NCBI GenBank assembly: GCA_963575745.1
Contig: CAUYUJ010000121.1
Span: 62,001-117,969 of the forward strand
DNA from: Prorocentrum cordatum
Lineage: Eukaryota
Length of the DNA: 55,969 bases
Reading direction: 5' to 3'
Below are positions 1 through 13,179 of this stretch, piece by piece. A model generated the notes under the pieces. That model did no database searches. It saw only the letters and a program-made list of their open reading frames with translations, and had not been told where the DNA came from. The position numbers were made by a program, and so were the translations under genes. Position 1 is the first letter of the stretch; each line of letters begins with the position of its first letter.

Positions 1-1289
1 CCAGGGATATACCAGCGTCGACTCTGAGTCTCACCTCCCTGGAATTGCATCCTGAGAAACGGGCTGGAACAATGAGTGAGAGGGGAGACTTGTCTTTCAA
101 TGGTGAGATTCACCCGACAGCAGCGCAGGTTAACAATCGGCGCGGATCCACTCAACAGTGGTCAGTGAGCTGCACGCGGAGGCCTGGAGCACAGAGTGGG
201 GCGATACGAATCACCCCTAAGCTACTGTGGAAGGGAGGAAGGAGAGGAGAGAGAGAGAGAGGGCGATAACGAGGACAAGGACGAGAGGAAATGGGGATTT
301 TGTCTGTCCAGAGCGCGTCCGCGCACGGCCATTCCCGGACCCTCACCACAGCCACCCCTCGTTCTGAAGCTGCGCGCCGTGGGTAAGGAAGGTCGAGGCA
401 GCACGAGTGCTGAGCGGCAGCACCAGGGTGAATGATCGCGGGCAGGATGGAAGGCGGTGGACAGGAGTAGGTGGTGACATCCGAACCCTACCTCTCCAAG
501 CCATCGATTCTCCTTAATCGATAGAAGGCGGGGGTGCTCAGGGTTTGAACTTCGCCACGTGTTCGACGAATTCCGAGCCCTACCCCCGCCGTCCATCGAG
601 ATACCTGAGTCGTTGATCAGCGAGGGCGGGGGTCGCATTCCGCCGCCGAACAGCCACCCCATCGTTCTGGAGCTGTGCGCCGTGGATGATAGGTGGAGCC
701 GTGCGCCTCTGATAAAGGTCGAGGGAGCACGAGCGCTGAGCGGCAGCACCAGGGCGCCTGAGCGCGGGCAGGGTGGAAGACGGTGGACAGGAGGAGACCT
801 CTCTTTTTCCATTTTTCGCCGACGACCTGGGATATCGGGTAGGGGGTGGTGGGGGAGGAGGTGACGGCCGATGATAACCCAACCTTGTCGCTTTGGGCAG
901 CCTCCCGCATGCCCGCGCGCACCAATGCTGCGTACCACTCCAGGTCTGCGCAACCAACAGGGTCGGGGACGAAATCGGCCTCGCTTCCCCCGCTACGAGG
1001 CACGGCACCAGAGCCCTAAGAGGGACGAACATGCCAGATTGAGAAAGTGACCCGCATCGACCAGCTCACGAATCAACGAGCACCGCCTGCAAGAATGCTG
1101 TCGACCGAAACAGCAAGCCTCTGTCGTAAACACCCGGTTAGGTGAGCGTGCAGGAGAGAGGTGAGGACCATCGGAAAACTGCGTACCCGATGGAGCATGG
1201 CACGACAAGTTATAACCAGAGAATTGTTCACAGACCACATCGGCGCACAGCTTTTATGGTGCTGAGTGCTGCCGGTGTCCTGGATACTG

Positions 1290-1530
1290 CGCATCATCAT
1301 CATCATCATCATCATCACCATCATCATCAGCATCATCATCATCAGCAGCAGCATCATGATCATCGTCATCATCATCATCAGCAGCAGCAGCATCAGCATC
1401 AGCATCATAATCAGCATCAGCATCAGCATCAGCATCACCAGTATCATCAGCATCACCATCATCATCAGCATCATCAGCATCATCAGCATCAGCATCGCCA
1501 TCACCATCACCATCGTGATCATCACCATCG

Positions 1531-1608
<78 letters not shown>

Positions 1609-1650
1609 CCGTCACCGCCATCGTCCTCATACTGATCATCGTCCTCATTA
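1290..1650. repeat. (CAT/CAG)n microsatellite
   Basis: Seen directly. Confidence 0.95.
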
Positions 1651-1789
1651 CGGCTGCCCTCCAGCCTGGAGACACGAGGTGGCACTTAGGACGGCCTCCC
1701 GGCCCCCCTGGAACGGTCGCCAAGCAGGCTACTGGGCCGGCACGCTGGGGCGCCGAAGAATGCCGACGGCTACCTGGTAGAGTCTGTAT

Positions 1790-1986
1790 TCGAATAACAG
1801 AAGAGGAGAAAACGCCATAAACATAAACTTTTGGCGCTCCGCGCGGATTCCTTGGATCTGCGCTGGGCGCGCGGAGCGCGCCAGTGGCGGCGCCCGAGGC
1901 GCCGCCGGGGGGCCCAGCGCGGATCCAAGAAATCCGCGTGGAGCGCCAAAAGTTTAGCTTTTCAAATGGCGTGTTTCCTGCTTCGA
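1790..1986. mobile_element. MITE-B copy (foldback, GC-rich core)
   Basis: Long inverted arms AAACTTTTGGCGCTCCGCGCGGATT / AATCCGCGTGGAGCGCCAAAAGTTT. Confidence 0.75.
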
Positions 1987-2355
1987 TACTTAAGGGACCC
2001 TCCCCATTGAGGCGGATGTCAGATGGATTCTTCTTGCAGCGGATGCTACAGGGAGAGAGAGAGAGAGGGGAAAATAAGAGAGAGAGAGAGAGAGAGAACG
2101 AGGGAAGGAACGCAACGTAACAGTGAGACGAACCCCTGATGTATCTGCGAGAACCTTGACGCGAGCCTTGTTCCAGGGGGCGGAGATACAACCCTTATCC
2201 CCCTCTCCCGATTCTTCTGGATGAGAAATAAACCATACCCCAAAAACTACCCTCACAATAGCCAACAACTATTAAAAACCATCGACCCCATAGTATTGCT
2301 TGACTATTTTGGAATCCCCCTACAGGCCCGACTTAACCCGTACCCCCACCCCTCC

Positions 2356-2566
2356 TTAAGACGCAACTACTGGGAGGTCTTCGTCGGAAGAATTAAGGAG
2401 GACTCAGCCGATTTGGGGGGCTGTTACACCGGAGAGGGCCTCGGATTGAGCGGGATTGAGCGCGATGAAACGGGATTCAGTCGGATTAAGCGGGATTCAG
2501 CGGGCTTAAGCTGGATTGCGGACCAGGGCAAAAGCAGAACTTGACCTCCCTTGAGTTGCATCCGAA
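2356..2566. mobile_element. MITE-C copy with internal 10-bp GCGGGATTNA repeats
   Basis: TIR GCAACTACTGGGAGGTC / GACCTCCCTTGAGTTGC; 6-bp TSD CCCTCC. Confidence 0.75.
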
Positions 2567-2708
2567 CCCTCCCTGCTCGCGGACGGGCGCCTGCACCCCT
2601 CCCGGGGCGCCGTGGGCGGCCCTGCCCCCGAGCGCGGAGGGCTGCCGGGTGCCTGCCTGGCGCTCCGCGTGGCGTCCAGCAAAACGCCCCGCCGGCGTTC
2701 CGCGAGGG

Positions 2709-2845
2709 TTTAAAGTCGGGCCTGCCCCTCAACAAAAAACAATCAGGGGACGGTTTTCTGTGTATTTTGACCATTCTTGCGTATTGTTGGACTGTGTCTT
2801 GTTTTTCGCCCCAAATCCGCCTGTGGGGGGACATGCCCGGCTTAA
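2709..2845. mobile_element. MITE-A copy
   Basis: TIRs AAGTCGGGCCTG / CATGCCCGGCTTAA; flanks cgcgaggg/cacgaggg (7/8). Confidence 0.7.
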
Positions 2846-3379
2846 CACGAGGGCCCAGGCAGGCCACCAAGGCCGTGCCGCAACCTGTGGCCCCGGATGC
2901 ATCCAAAACGGCCCAAGATGGCTCGAAGACGACCCAACACTGCGCCGCAGCGGGCCACGACGCCCCTCGGATGGCCCACGAGAGCTCCACGAGGAGCTCC
3001 AGCAGGACCCGATGAAGCCTCACGTGCTTGTGTTCGACGGTGCTCGATGGAGCTTCGCATTCTCTGCTTCTCGGGCCATGTTCAGCTCCAGACGGCCCGA
3101 CAAACTTCAAAAATAGTCCCAACACGGATTCGAGACGGCCGAGAGTAGCTCGAATAACTCTCCAAGACGGTCCAGCATGACACACGACGCCTCCATATCG
3201 CTCCTAGACGGCCCGTTCCGCCTGAAGACACGAAAGGCCACACATGACGGCCTCCCGTGTCCCCTCGAACACTCGCCCCCCCATAGTGCCAGGCCAACAC
3301 GGTGGCGGGACTTGCCGCAGGCAGCTGGATGATCCGCCGCCCCCTGTTGATTCATCACAGGGGTGCCTGGCATGCTAGA

Positions 3380-5421
3380 TGATTTCGGCTTTGGTTCTGG
3401 TTCTTTTCCAAAAGAACTCCACCTGGGGCTCCAGCGCGTCCCGCCGGGGTCCCGGGAAGGATCTCAAAACGCATCCGTCGATGCCTTTGTTGCCCCACGT
3501 TGGCCCAAGATGGCCTCCAAGACGAAAGATGGCCCAGGATGACCTCCAAGTTCGCCCAAGATGGTCCAAGATGGCCTCCAAGACGGCCCAAGATGGGCCA
3601 AGAGGCCCCCCAGAGGCCTCCAAGATGGCCCAAGAGGCCTCCAAGAGGTCCTCCGGGAGGGCCCGAAGAGGCCAAAATCATTGACTTCCCTTAGGTTTTT
3701 GAAGGCTTTTGGCATTCGCTTCTTCTCGGCTTTCCGACGACCCAAGACGGCCAAAGAGGCCCCCAAAATCGCCCCCACAGCGCCCAAGAGGCTTCCAAGA
3801 TGACCCCAGAACTGCCAAAGAGGCCCCCAAGACGGCCCCAAAAGGGCACAAAGACGGCCCAGGAGGCATCCAAGACGCCCAAGATGGCCTCTAAGACGGC
3901 CCTGGAGCACCCCAAGAGGGCCCCAAGTCGGCCCAGAAAGCCACCCAAATGGCTTCCGACGGCGTCAGACGGGTCAGGAGCCCACCAAGATGGCCGAAGT
4001 TGGCTCGAGGCTTGCCCAAGACGGCCCAAGAGGCCTCCAGCCAGAGAAGGCCAAAAACATATATTTTCCACGGTTTTTGAATCATGTTGACATTTGTTTC
4101 TTTTCGGCCTTCCGACGGCCGGATACAGCCCAAGAGCCCCCAAAGATCGCTCAAAGATAGCCAAAGAGGCTTCCAAGATGGCCCCAGAACGGCCTAAGAG
4201 GCCCCCAAGAACGCCCCAAGAGGCCCCCAAGACGGCCCAGGAGGCGTTCACAAGCCCAAGATGGCCTCCAAGATGGCCCCTGAGCACTCCGAGAGGGCCC
4301 CAAGTCGGCCCAGAAAGCCACCCAAACGGCTTCGACGGCGTCGGACGGGCCAGGGGCCCACCCAAGTCGGCCCAGAGAGGCACCCCAAACGGCTTCCGAC
4401 GGCGTCAGGCGGGCCAGGAGCCCACCAAGATGGCCGAAGTTGGCTCGAAGCTGGCCCAAGACGGCCCAAGAGGCCTCCAAGAGGGCCTCGAGGAAGGCCC
4501 GAAAAGGCCAAGAACACTTATGTTCCTGAGGTTCTTTGAAGGGTGTTGACATTTGCTTATTTTCGGCCTTCCGACGGCCCGATACGGCCCAAGAGCCCAT
4601 AAGATCGCCCAAGAGGCCTCCAAGATGGCCCCAGAGCGGCCCAAGAGGCCCCCAAGAACGCCCCAAGGGGCCCCCAAGACGGCCCAGAAGGCCTGCAAGA
4701 CGCCCAAGATGGCTTCCAAGACGGCCCTGGAGCATTCCAAGAGGGCCCCAAGTCGGCCCAGAGAGGCCCCCCAAACGGCTTCCGACGGCGTCAGGCGGGC
4801 CAGGAGCCCACCAAAACGGCCGAAGATGGCCCTAAGATGGCCCAAGACGGCCCAAGAGACCTCCAAAAGCGTCTCCAGGAAGTCCCGAAAAGGCCAAACT
4901 CATTGTTTCCCCTTGAGTTTTTGAAGGATTGTGGCATTTGCTTTTTTCCTGCCTTCCGACGGCCCGAGACTGCCCAAGTGTCCCCAAAGATCGCCCACGA
5001 GGCCCAAGACGGAGAGGCCCCCAAGACGGCCCAAGAGGCCTCAAAGACGCCCAAGACTCCTCCTCCTCACCTCCTCCTCCTCCTCCTCCTGCTCCTCCTC
5101 CTTCTCCTTCTCATTCTTCCTTCTCCTCCTCCTCCTCCTCCTGATCTTCCCCGCCTGCTTCCCAGAAGTGTTCCCCGAAGGGTTTCCACAATGGTTGGGG
5201 GAACCCATGGTCCGACAGCGTGACAGAGCTCTTGCCACAACGCTCAGACACATGAGCGCTGTCAAACCTCTTGCTCCCCCACGCGTTCCCCGAAGGCTCT
5301 CTGAACCGACACTGGGAACAACTGGCCCGCTAGCTTGGCCAGGCTCTAGCCCAGCTGTCGGCCACATAGGCGCTTCCACAAAGTCCGGGGGCGGCGGTGA
5401 TTCGCCGTAGGTGTCTTAGAT
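3380..5421 (+). mobile_element. Element carrying degenerate GGCCCAAGA minisatellite
   Basis: About 1.6 kb of GGCCCAAGA/GGCCTCCAAGA units; 3' end GCGGCGGTGATT-CGCC-GTA-GGTG-TCTTAGAT. A related decayed copy lies at about 2855-3330. Confidence 0.6.
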
Positions 5422-6574
5422 ATGATTGCATCGGTGTATGTGCATATGCATAGTGTTGCATGTGAATGTATGTGTGTATATATATGTATAAGTGAAAATC
5501 AACGTGTGCAAATAGTGGTGATATATGCCATTTGCGCGCGCTCTCTTTTTGTTGTCTCTCTCTCTCTCTCTCTATCCCTCTCCCGCTATCCCGTTATCTC
5601 ACTTTCCCTCTCCCCATTTGTGTTTTATCTGTCTCGTTTGGTTGTGTTTCTCTCTCTCTCTCTCTCTCATTGCTCCCATCTGTTTCTGTAATCAACGACA
5701 ACCTCCACCAACGACAATCTGAGCCTCCGCCCGAAACTGCTCGTTCCGAGAGTATCATCGCGTCTGCTCGCTTCGCATCTTTCAATCCCGATCTGCATCT
5801 ACCCCACCACTCACCAACTCTGGAAGCCACGGGGTGGAATCAGGAACTGCCTTGCCCAACTGCAGGCACCTCCTCGGTTCTCAACTTCCACCTCTTCCTC
5901 CTCCTTCTCGTCTTCTAACTCAGGAGGCGGAGAAGGTGCAGGATGGGGAGAAGGATGTGGAGGACGATGACATTAGCGCTCACCCCTCCTCCTGCTCCCG
6001 CGCCCTTCCCCATCGGCGGCCTTGTGCCAGGGCGGTATCGCCGAGGCGCCGTACGGGATGGCGGCCAGGATGATGCGCAACCTTTCGGTGTGCGTGCACG
6101 TGCCCGTGTACGTGCACTTGTACGTGCACGTCTACTTGTACATGTATGTGTGTATCTGTGTGCGTGTGCCTTGCCAATGGCTTCCACCACGGAATTTGCG
6201 GTCCCGACTTGGGGAACCCTCGCAAAGCGGCTCTGAGGTCGCCCGCGCTCGCGCTGATCGAGTGGCTACTGGTAGGCATCTGAGACACGATGTCCGCCTG
6301 AGCAGCTTGGCACACGGTGTGCCTGTGTGTATGCATGGTTGTGCGCGTGTGGGCGGGCCGCAAGGACCTACGGCGAGGGCACTGGATGAGGAACCACCAT
6401 TCGATCAGGAAGCCAAGGTCTGGAAGCCGGGGGGAACTCCAATCGTGGATTGGCCATGGATGTCACCGCCGCCCTCATCAGATCAGGAACGGTCCAGGGT
6501 CTGAAGGCTCCTGGGCACATTCCTTGACCAACGTCCCCACCGTATCCCCCCCCCTCTCCTTCGTCCCCTTCTCG

Positions 6575-6738
6575 TTAGGTCGGGCCTGTCCCCCTACAGG
6601 GGGATTTGGGAGGAGAACTGAACAAATATCTAAAAGAAACGCCCAAAGGATGCCCCAAAATACTCAAACAAATAGTCCCCATACTATTTTTAAACTAGTT
6701 TTGAATGTTCCCCCTGTAGAGGGACAGGCCCGACTTGA
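6575..6738. mobile_element. MITE-A copy
   Basis: TTAGGTCGGGCCTGTCCCCCTACAGG...CCTGTAGAGGGACAGGCCCGACTTGA with an AT-rich core; flanks match 6/8. Confidence 0.85.
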
Positions 6739-6856
6739 CCTCGTCGTCCACGTCAGCCAGCCCCGTCGCGCTCCGCCTTCGCAGAAGCCTCAGCTGCTCG
6801 GACGCTCACGTTTCGTCGCCGCCCGTGGTTCCCGGGGTCGCGGCCGGGCCCACCTC

Positions 6857-6985
6857 CTTGGCATCGCTCGGACGTCCATTGCCCGTGCAAATTTCGGCCT
6901 TGTACGCTCATCATCAGCAAGATGATCTGGGATGCTCCTCGATGGTCCCAGCCGAGAAGAATGCACACGCCCGAGCGACGCCAAG
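6857..6985. mobile_element. MITE-G copy
   Basis: CTTGGCATCGCTCGGACGT / ACGCCCGAGCGACGCCAAG; 4-bp TSD CCTC. Confidence 0.7.
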
Positions 6986-7711
6986 CCTCTGATGGATCAC
7001 CACAGCATGCGTACGCGTTCATTGGCAATACCGTGCGACGCCCTGCGACTCTCCTGTTCCTCGGCCTCCCTCCTCGGTGCTCGCACGCGTCAACGCACGG
7101 CCCGGTTAGACCTGACCCTTCCAGGTGCCTCGTGGAGATTCGCTGGACCGCGCGCCGCCAGGAGTCTTCTGCACTTGACTTGCTCGCATCCGCGCCGGCG
7201 GGCTCATGGCGACCTGCCCCTCCCACTCTCGAGCTCTGACGACGCCAACCACGAGGCCACGCCTGCGCTCAGGATCGGTGCATGCAGTCTCCCTGGTCTG
7301 GCCAGGGCTCGAGTAGGAGATCGACTACATCATCGACTTGTCCCGAAAACCCGTTTTTTCTGACAGATACGTAGAATGCTGGCAGACATATCGAAATTCT
7401 ACATCGTTTCCATAGGCTCGACGAATATTTCACGTCTGGGGCGCATCAATTATGCTGTCGGTCCCCTACAGTGGAGCCCCAACCACAAGAAACCTTCCAC
7501 AAGAAACTAGGACGTCCATGGATTTGTGGGGTGGGAACGCCACGCCTTCCACAGCAAAGCCATCGGGACCGAAGAAACTCGGGGCACCCTGGAGGCAAGC
7601 AGGGCGCGTCTTGGCATGGGCCTCCACCATCCTCGCTCGAAGAGTGGCGCAGTCGCCGGCCTTGGGCCCAGGAGCAGCCTGGCCCAGCCCACTTGCCGGC
7701 GCACATTAGGA

Positions 7712-7817
7712 TCAGGTCGGGCCTGTCCCCCTACAGGCGGATTTAGCACGAAAAATGAAAATACGATTTTTGGACTATTTTGAACATTCCCCCTGTAGAG
7801 GGACAGGCCCGACTTAA
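7712..7817. mobile_element. MITE-A copy (short)
   Basis: Same TIRs; no clear TSD. Confidence 0.8.
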
Positions 7818-7825
7818 GATCAAGC

Positions 7826-8122
7826 CCCTTGGGGGGCTGGTACGCCAGAGTGGGCCTCGGACTGAGCGGTAATTGAGCCGGATTCAGCGGGAGTGAGCCA
7901 GACTCGGCGGGATCAGGCCGGAGCAGGCCGGCTATCGGACCAGGGCAGGATCAGAAATTGACCTCCTGGGAGTCGCACCCGAACCGCACGGGGCCCGGCT
8001 CCAGCGGTAACTGAGCCGGATTCAGCGGGATGGAGCCGGAGTCGGCGGGCTCAAGCCGGAGCAGGCCGGCCTTCGGACCAAAGGCAGGATCGGAAGCGGA
8101 CCTCCCGGGAGCCGCACCCGAA
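7826..8122. mobile_element. Truncated, partly duplicated MITE-C
   Basis: 10-bp repeats plus the right end GACCTCC..GAG..GCACCCGAA present twice (ending 7983 and 8123). Confidence 0.6.
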
Positions 8123-8233
8123 CCGCACCGGGGCCCGGCTCCAGCGGGGCGCGCCGAGGGCCCCTCCGCGGGGCGGCGGCGGCACGCCCCTCGGAGCCGC
8201 ATCGCACGGGGAGCGCGGCTCGAGCCGAGAGCC

Positions 8234-8393
8234 GCAGGTCGGGCACGTCCCCCCTGCAGGCGGGTGTTGAGCGAGAAAGCAAGAATAGTCAAAGAGATGG
8301 ATCAAACAGAATCAAAGATAGTCCAAAATCGTCCACCGACTATTTTTTGATATTTCTGAATATTCCTCCTGTGGAGGGACAGGCCCGACTTGA
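8234..8393. mobile_element. MITE-A copy
   Basis: Same TIRs; flanks cgagagcc/cgcgagcc. Confidence 0.8.
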
Positions 8394-8855
8394 CGCGAGC
8401 CCCCATCCACCTGCCAGGAGCGAGGAGAGGCGGCACCAACACCACTAGGGCGAGGACATGCGAGGAGGCAAAGGGGGTCTCCCTGGTGGTGTGGTCCACC
8501 CCTCTCGCTGGAGTTATCCCCAGCCTCCAGCTCGGAGAGGCATCCTGGACCTCCTCGCTGGAGGTGGGGCCCCTGGTGGTGTTGGTGTTGCTTCTCCTCC
8601 CTCCGATTCTGCGTCATGTGATTAAGCGGGTCCCAGGGCACGAAACAGGGCGGAAACGCCCGTTGTGAAAAAATGCATCGCTCAGCATGGGTGAAGCCGG
8701 TCCTGAGGGCAACGGGTCCTGGACCCCGGTGGGGTCTCCCAAAACGAATTCTTAATCCTGAGCCGTTTCCTGACGGTCCGTGGAGGGCCCCGAGAGCCCG
8801 ACAACGGCGAAGAACCGCAGGGCCCGGCTCCCCCACGGCGCATCGCCAAGATCTC

Positions 8856-8953
8856 AGGGGCTGCGCGCTGTCGGCGAGCGCGAGCCTGCAGGCGACCGCG
8901 TCGGCGTGGAAGTCCGTCTCCAGGAGGTTGAGGCGGGCCCACAGCTGCCTCTC
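8856..8953 (-). CDS. Exon I: ERQLWARLNLLETDFHADAVACRLALADSAQP
   Basis: Acceptor cgAG|G, GC3-rich. The donor is either CT|GA (8856) or CAG|GC (8886). Confidence 0.75.
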
Positions 8954-9957
8954 CTCGCGGCAGGGGGTCGCGGTGCGCCCGCCCCGGGGAGCCTGCCGCT
9001 GCGGGGGGGCGGGAGGCCCCCCGCACAGGAGAGGCCATGGTTCCTCCTCCTCCTCCTCCTCCTCCTCCTCTTCCTCTTCCTCTTCCTCTTCCTCCTCCTC
9101 CTCCTCCTCCTCCTCCTGCTCCTCCTCCTCCGGCTTCTTTGCCTAGCTATGGGGGCGCCGATTCCTTCGCCTCCTCCTCCTTCTCCGTCTCCTCCTCCTC
9201 CTCCTCCTCCTCCTCCTCCTCCAGGAGTGTCTGCAGCAGGCGACCCCCACAAGAGCTGAGCGTTCGAGCCGAACTGATCGAGGGCTATGGCCGAAGTGCT
9301 GCACGCAGGCCCAGCAGGCCAGCCGAGCACTCAAGGGGCTCCGGTGCTGATGCAAGTTGGAGTTTGGGACACTGTCCTGGGACCCTTTACTCTGACCCTC
9401 ACAGTCGGACCTGGGACAGAAGAACATCCTTCAAGAACCTGAGACCCTCCGCCGGCCAAAATGAAGAGCATTCGAGGGTACCCTCCCCAACAATGCACAA
9501 GAACATCCAACAAAGACGAAGAACATGAGTGAGGGTACCATCCCCGAGCCGACCTCGATCTTATACCTCGGTCTGACTGCACTCTTACTCTTACTCGTCC
9601 TACTCCTCTTCCTTCTCTCGGGCCCTTCGGGAGGCCCTCGGCGATCGTCGGAGGCCTTCGGTGACCTTCCTGAGGCCACCAACGGCCCCCTCGGCGGCCC
9701 TTCGGCGGCCCCTCGGCCGGCCCCTCGCCGGCCCTCAACGACGAGGTTCCAGGAGGAGGAAGAGAAGGAGGAGAAGGAGGAGGAGGAGGAGCAGGACGAC
9801 GAGGAGAAGGGGAGGGACGAACCACAGTCTGAGAACAGGCCCACTGCGCGATCGGCGCAAACTCTGGCTCTGCTTCCGGGACTGTGGCCGTGAGGATAGC
9901 ATAAAAGCCCGATTCACAACGCGAAGAAGCTTTATTTCTCCCTCGTTATCCTTATAC

Positions 9958-9959
<2 letters not shown>

Positions 9960-9997
<38 letters not shown>

Positions 9998-11105
9998 CTC
10001 TCTCTCTCTCTCTCTCTGCGCCTTGCTTGTTGTTGTTCCTCTATGTACGCCTACATAGATATATACCTACCTATCTACCTACCTACCTACATACATACAT
10101 ACATACATATATATACATACATGCATACATACATACATGCATGCATGCATACATATATACATACACACATACACACATACACGCATACACACTTACACAC
10201 ATACACACATGCACACATACACACAACCATGCATGCATGCATACTTACATGCATCCATATATGCATGCATGCATGCATGCATGCCTGTGTACATACAGTT
10301 GTACATACATGCATACATACATGCATACATAGAGACAGACAGACAGACATACTTACATGCACACATGCATACATACATGAATACAAGCATACATACATGC
10401 AAACAAAACACATACATGCACACGTGCATGTGCACATGTAGCCACGGTTGCGTGCACATATACATACGAACATACATGCATACATCCATACATGCATACA
10501 TACGTACACACAAACATACATACACACTTACACACATACCATACACACATACATACATACATACATACATACATACATACATACATACATACGTACGTAC
10601 ATACATACATACATTGAAACAGACAGACATAAATACTTACATGCACGCATGCACACATACATACATGCATGCATGCATGCATACATACATACATGCATGC
10701 ACACGTTCATGCACACGCGTAGCCACAGTTAAGTGCACACATACATACAAACATACATGCATACATACATACATGCATACATACATACACATACATACGT
10801 GCATGCAGACATACACGCATGCAAAACAGCATACATGCGTACGCGCATACATACATTCATGCATGCATGCATGTATACGAACACACATACATACATACAT
10901 ACAGATCTGCTTTCATACACTCATACATGCATGCATACATACATGCACAAGCCCATACAAGCATACACACATACACACATACGAGCAGACACACACACAC
11001 ATACATACATGTATATGTGTGTACATGTACATGTCTACATATAGGGAGTATGCATAGCTGTGTATACGCATCTACGTATATAACTGTGTCTCTCTCTCTC
11101 TCTTC
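9960..11105. repeat. Compound (TA)n/(TC)n/(CATA)n/(CATG)n microsatellite
   Basis: Seen directly. Confidence 0.95.
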
Positions 11106-11598
11106 CTCCCGGACGCGCACATACAACACCGCAAACGTGAACTTGGCACGTTAACGAACGCACGCACAGTCAGAGACACATGCACACGCGCACGCACATA
11201 CAGGAACGACTGCTCAAGTGCTGCCCTGGCTCAGTTAGCAGGAATCAACGCTCGTCGCTGCAGCGTGATACTGCAAGTTGCAGTTCGCTGGAGCTGGAAC
11301 GCCAAACCACCTGCCACCTTTCGCCGCATCGCCGGAGAAGGCCAGACGGGATAAGCTGGACACGCAACGCTAATCTTGGCCGTGCGTAGTTCCCTCCCCG
11401 GGGGGAACCAAGAAGTACCGATGCCGCTACTCCCCGGACCTCTCCCGCGGTGTGTCCTGACCAGGATTTCGGGGCGAATCCAGCGGTGGCGACGACGGCC
11501 TCCCAGGAGGCCCAACAAAGGGAAGAAGGGTGAAGGGCAGCCGTATCGGCACCTTTTCCTCCTCTGGTCATCCCCTCCCGCATCAGGCACCGGCCCTC

Positions 11599-11668
11599 CT
11601 CGCTCGTGGAGACCTCCGAGATGGCGCTGGCCATGGCAGCGACCTCCGAGAAGTGCCAGGTGAGAAAC
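11599..11668 (-). CDS. Exon H: FLTWHFSEVAAMASAISEVSTSE
   Basis: Acceptor gcAG|G, donor GAG|GAgg, 70 nt, in phase with G and I. Confidence 0.82.
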
Positions 11669-12976
11669 CTGCGGCGGGGCGCCGCCTTGCTCATCCCCTG
11701 TCGCCTACCCCCGTGCTGCTGCGGCGACGAGGAGGAGGAGGAGGAGGAGGAGGAGGAGGAGGAGGAGGGAGGAGGAGGGAGGAGGAGGAGGAGGAGGAGG
11801 AGGAGGAGGAGGAAGAGGAGGAGGACGGGGAGGAGGAGGCTGCTGCTGCTGCTGCTGCGCATTGGAACATGGGCGGCGAGCGAGGGGAGAGGAGTGAGAA
11901 GGAGAAGTCCTCCTCAGAAGGCGGCGGGGCTTCTCAAGAGCCCTCCGGTAGAGGGAAACAACTAGGAAACACCCCCCCTGCCTCCCAAGCTCAAAGTTGG
12001 CACGCGCGGGGGAGACTGCGGTCGAGATGCAACTCATCAGACCCACCCCCAACTTTGCACATTGGGGGAAGGGGGAGGCGTTGACAGATGAATGTGGCAC
12101 GAGTGCTCGCTATCCTTCTCCGAGGCCTGTCGCGCGGCCTTCTCACGGGTCTTTGGCGCCTTCGGGGAAGGCTCGGGACACTCCCCGGGAGGCCCGGCGG
12201 CCTCCGAGCCTTCTCCCAGAAGGCCCGCCCCCTCTCACCTCCGCCCCCCTGGACTGGGCGCCGAGCTGTGAGCGTGCCATGGCAAGACCGCAGCGTCTCG
12301 CTCTGCGCGTGGCCTCTCCTTCCGCTGTGGCAGAGGGAAGCATCGCGGGGCCCGTGTCTGACGCGTGCCCCAGCGCCGCTGGCACCGCTGGCGAAGCCGC
12401 GAGCTGCGGACAGCCGAGCCAAGCAGACTCGTGTGCCTCGTCACATGCTCCTAGCACCTCGGCCGGATGCAAACCCCAACATCGTAGCACAAACACACAC
12501 ACACACACACACCTGCCGCAAATGCGGTCCATACAAACACGCGAAGCGCGCCATCGCAGCGCGTTTAGAGCACCCGGAACCACACCGTCACGCGAAGGCA
12601 CTCGTGCAGCGGCCCTTCGTTCCACCGAGGTATCATATATAACAACTGAGCAGCGTGGACGTATGGCTTCCGAGTGTTGGATTGCTTTGTGTGCCCAAAG
12701 ACGCTCCAGCGGCTTTGTCTCAACACACCTTTGTCTGTTGGATCAGCAGCTCTGGAGCGCCACAGAAGCTGCCTTCTCCGAAACAGATACAGCTTCTTGC
12801 GACGGCCCCCTCAAACGCACCCCCCCACCCCAGCCCTGGACCCACTTCCGCCGCCACCTTCCATGCACTACTTTGAACCTGCACGTGTTCTCCCACGAGT
12901 CACGAGTGGTTGGGGATCGCACAATACATACGGTGCGCTCTGGTCTCCAGTTGGGCCCGTGGAAGCCGCACGTGAT

Positions 12977-13179
12977 TAGGAAAACAAAAAAACGGCATGA
13001 ACATAAACTGTTGGGGCTCCGCACGGATTTGTTCTGGATCCGCGCTGGGCCCCCCTCCCTGACGCGCGGAGCGCAACAGGGGCGGCGCCAGAGGCGCCGC
13101 CGGGGGGCCCCAGCGCGGACCCAAGAAATCAGCGCGGATCGCCAAAAGTTTGTGCTTACGGCGTTTTTTTCTTCTTCGA
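12977..13179. mobile_element. MITE-B copy
   Basis: Same core GCGCGGAGCGC..GGCGCC..GAGGCGCCGCC; flanked by GTGAT/GTGAT. Confidence 0.75.

Noticed and set aside
5704..5724. Possible next exon LRLSLVE after exon I
   Set aside because: AT-richer codons, and exon I itself continues as CRLAL; unsupported without cDNA.
6473..6480. CTGATGAG on the minus strand (also near 13403)
   Set aside because: No stem II or GAAA follows, so it is not a hammerhead.
6574..6739. MITE-A ends resemble integron attC cores (GTTAGGT / ACTTAAC)
   Set aside because: The core order is opposite to attC, there are no cassette ORFs or integrase, and 8-bp TSDs are present.
8175..8189. Possible micro-exon GVPPP after exon I
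   Set aside because: The acceptor and phase fit, but it is too short and low-complexity to support.
9232..9303. Hammerhead-like CTGATCGAG-GGC-TATG-GCC-GAAG
   Set aside because: The core deviates from CUGANGA/GAAA and there is no correctly placed NUH or stem III.
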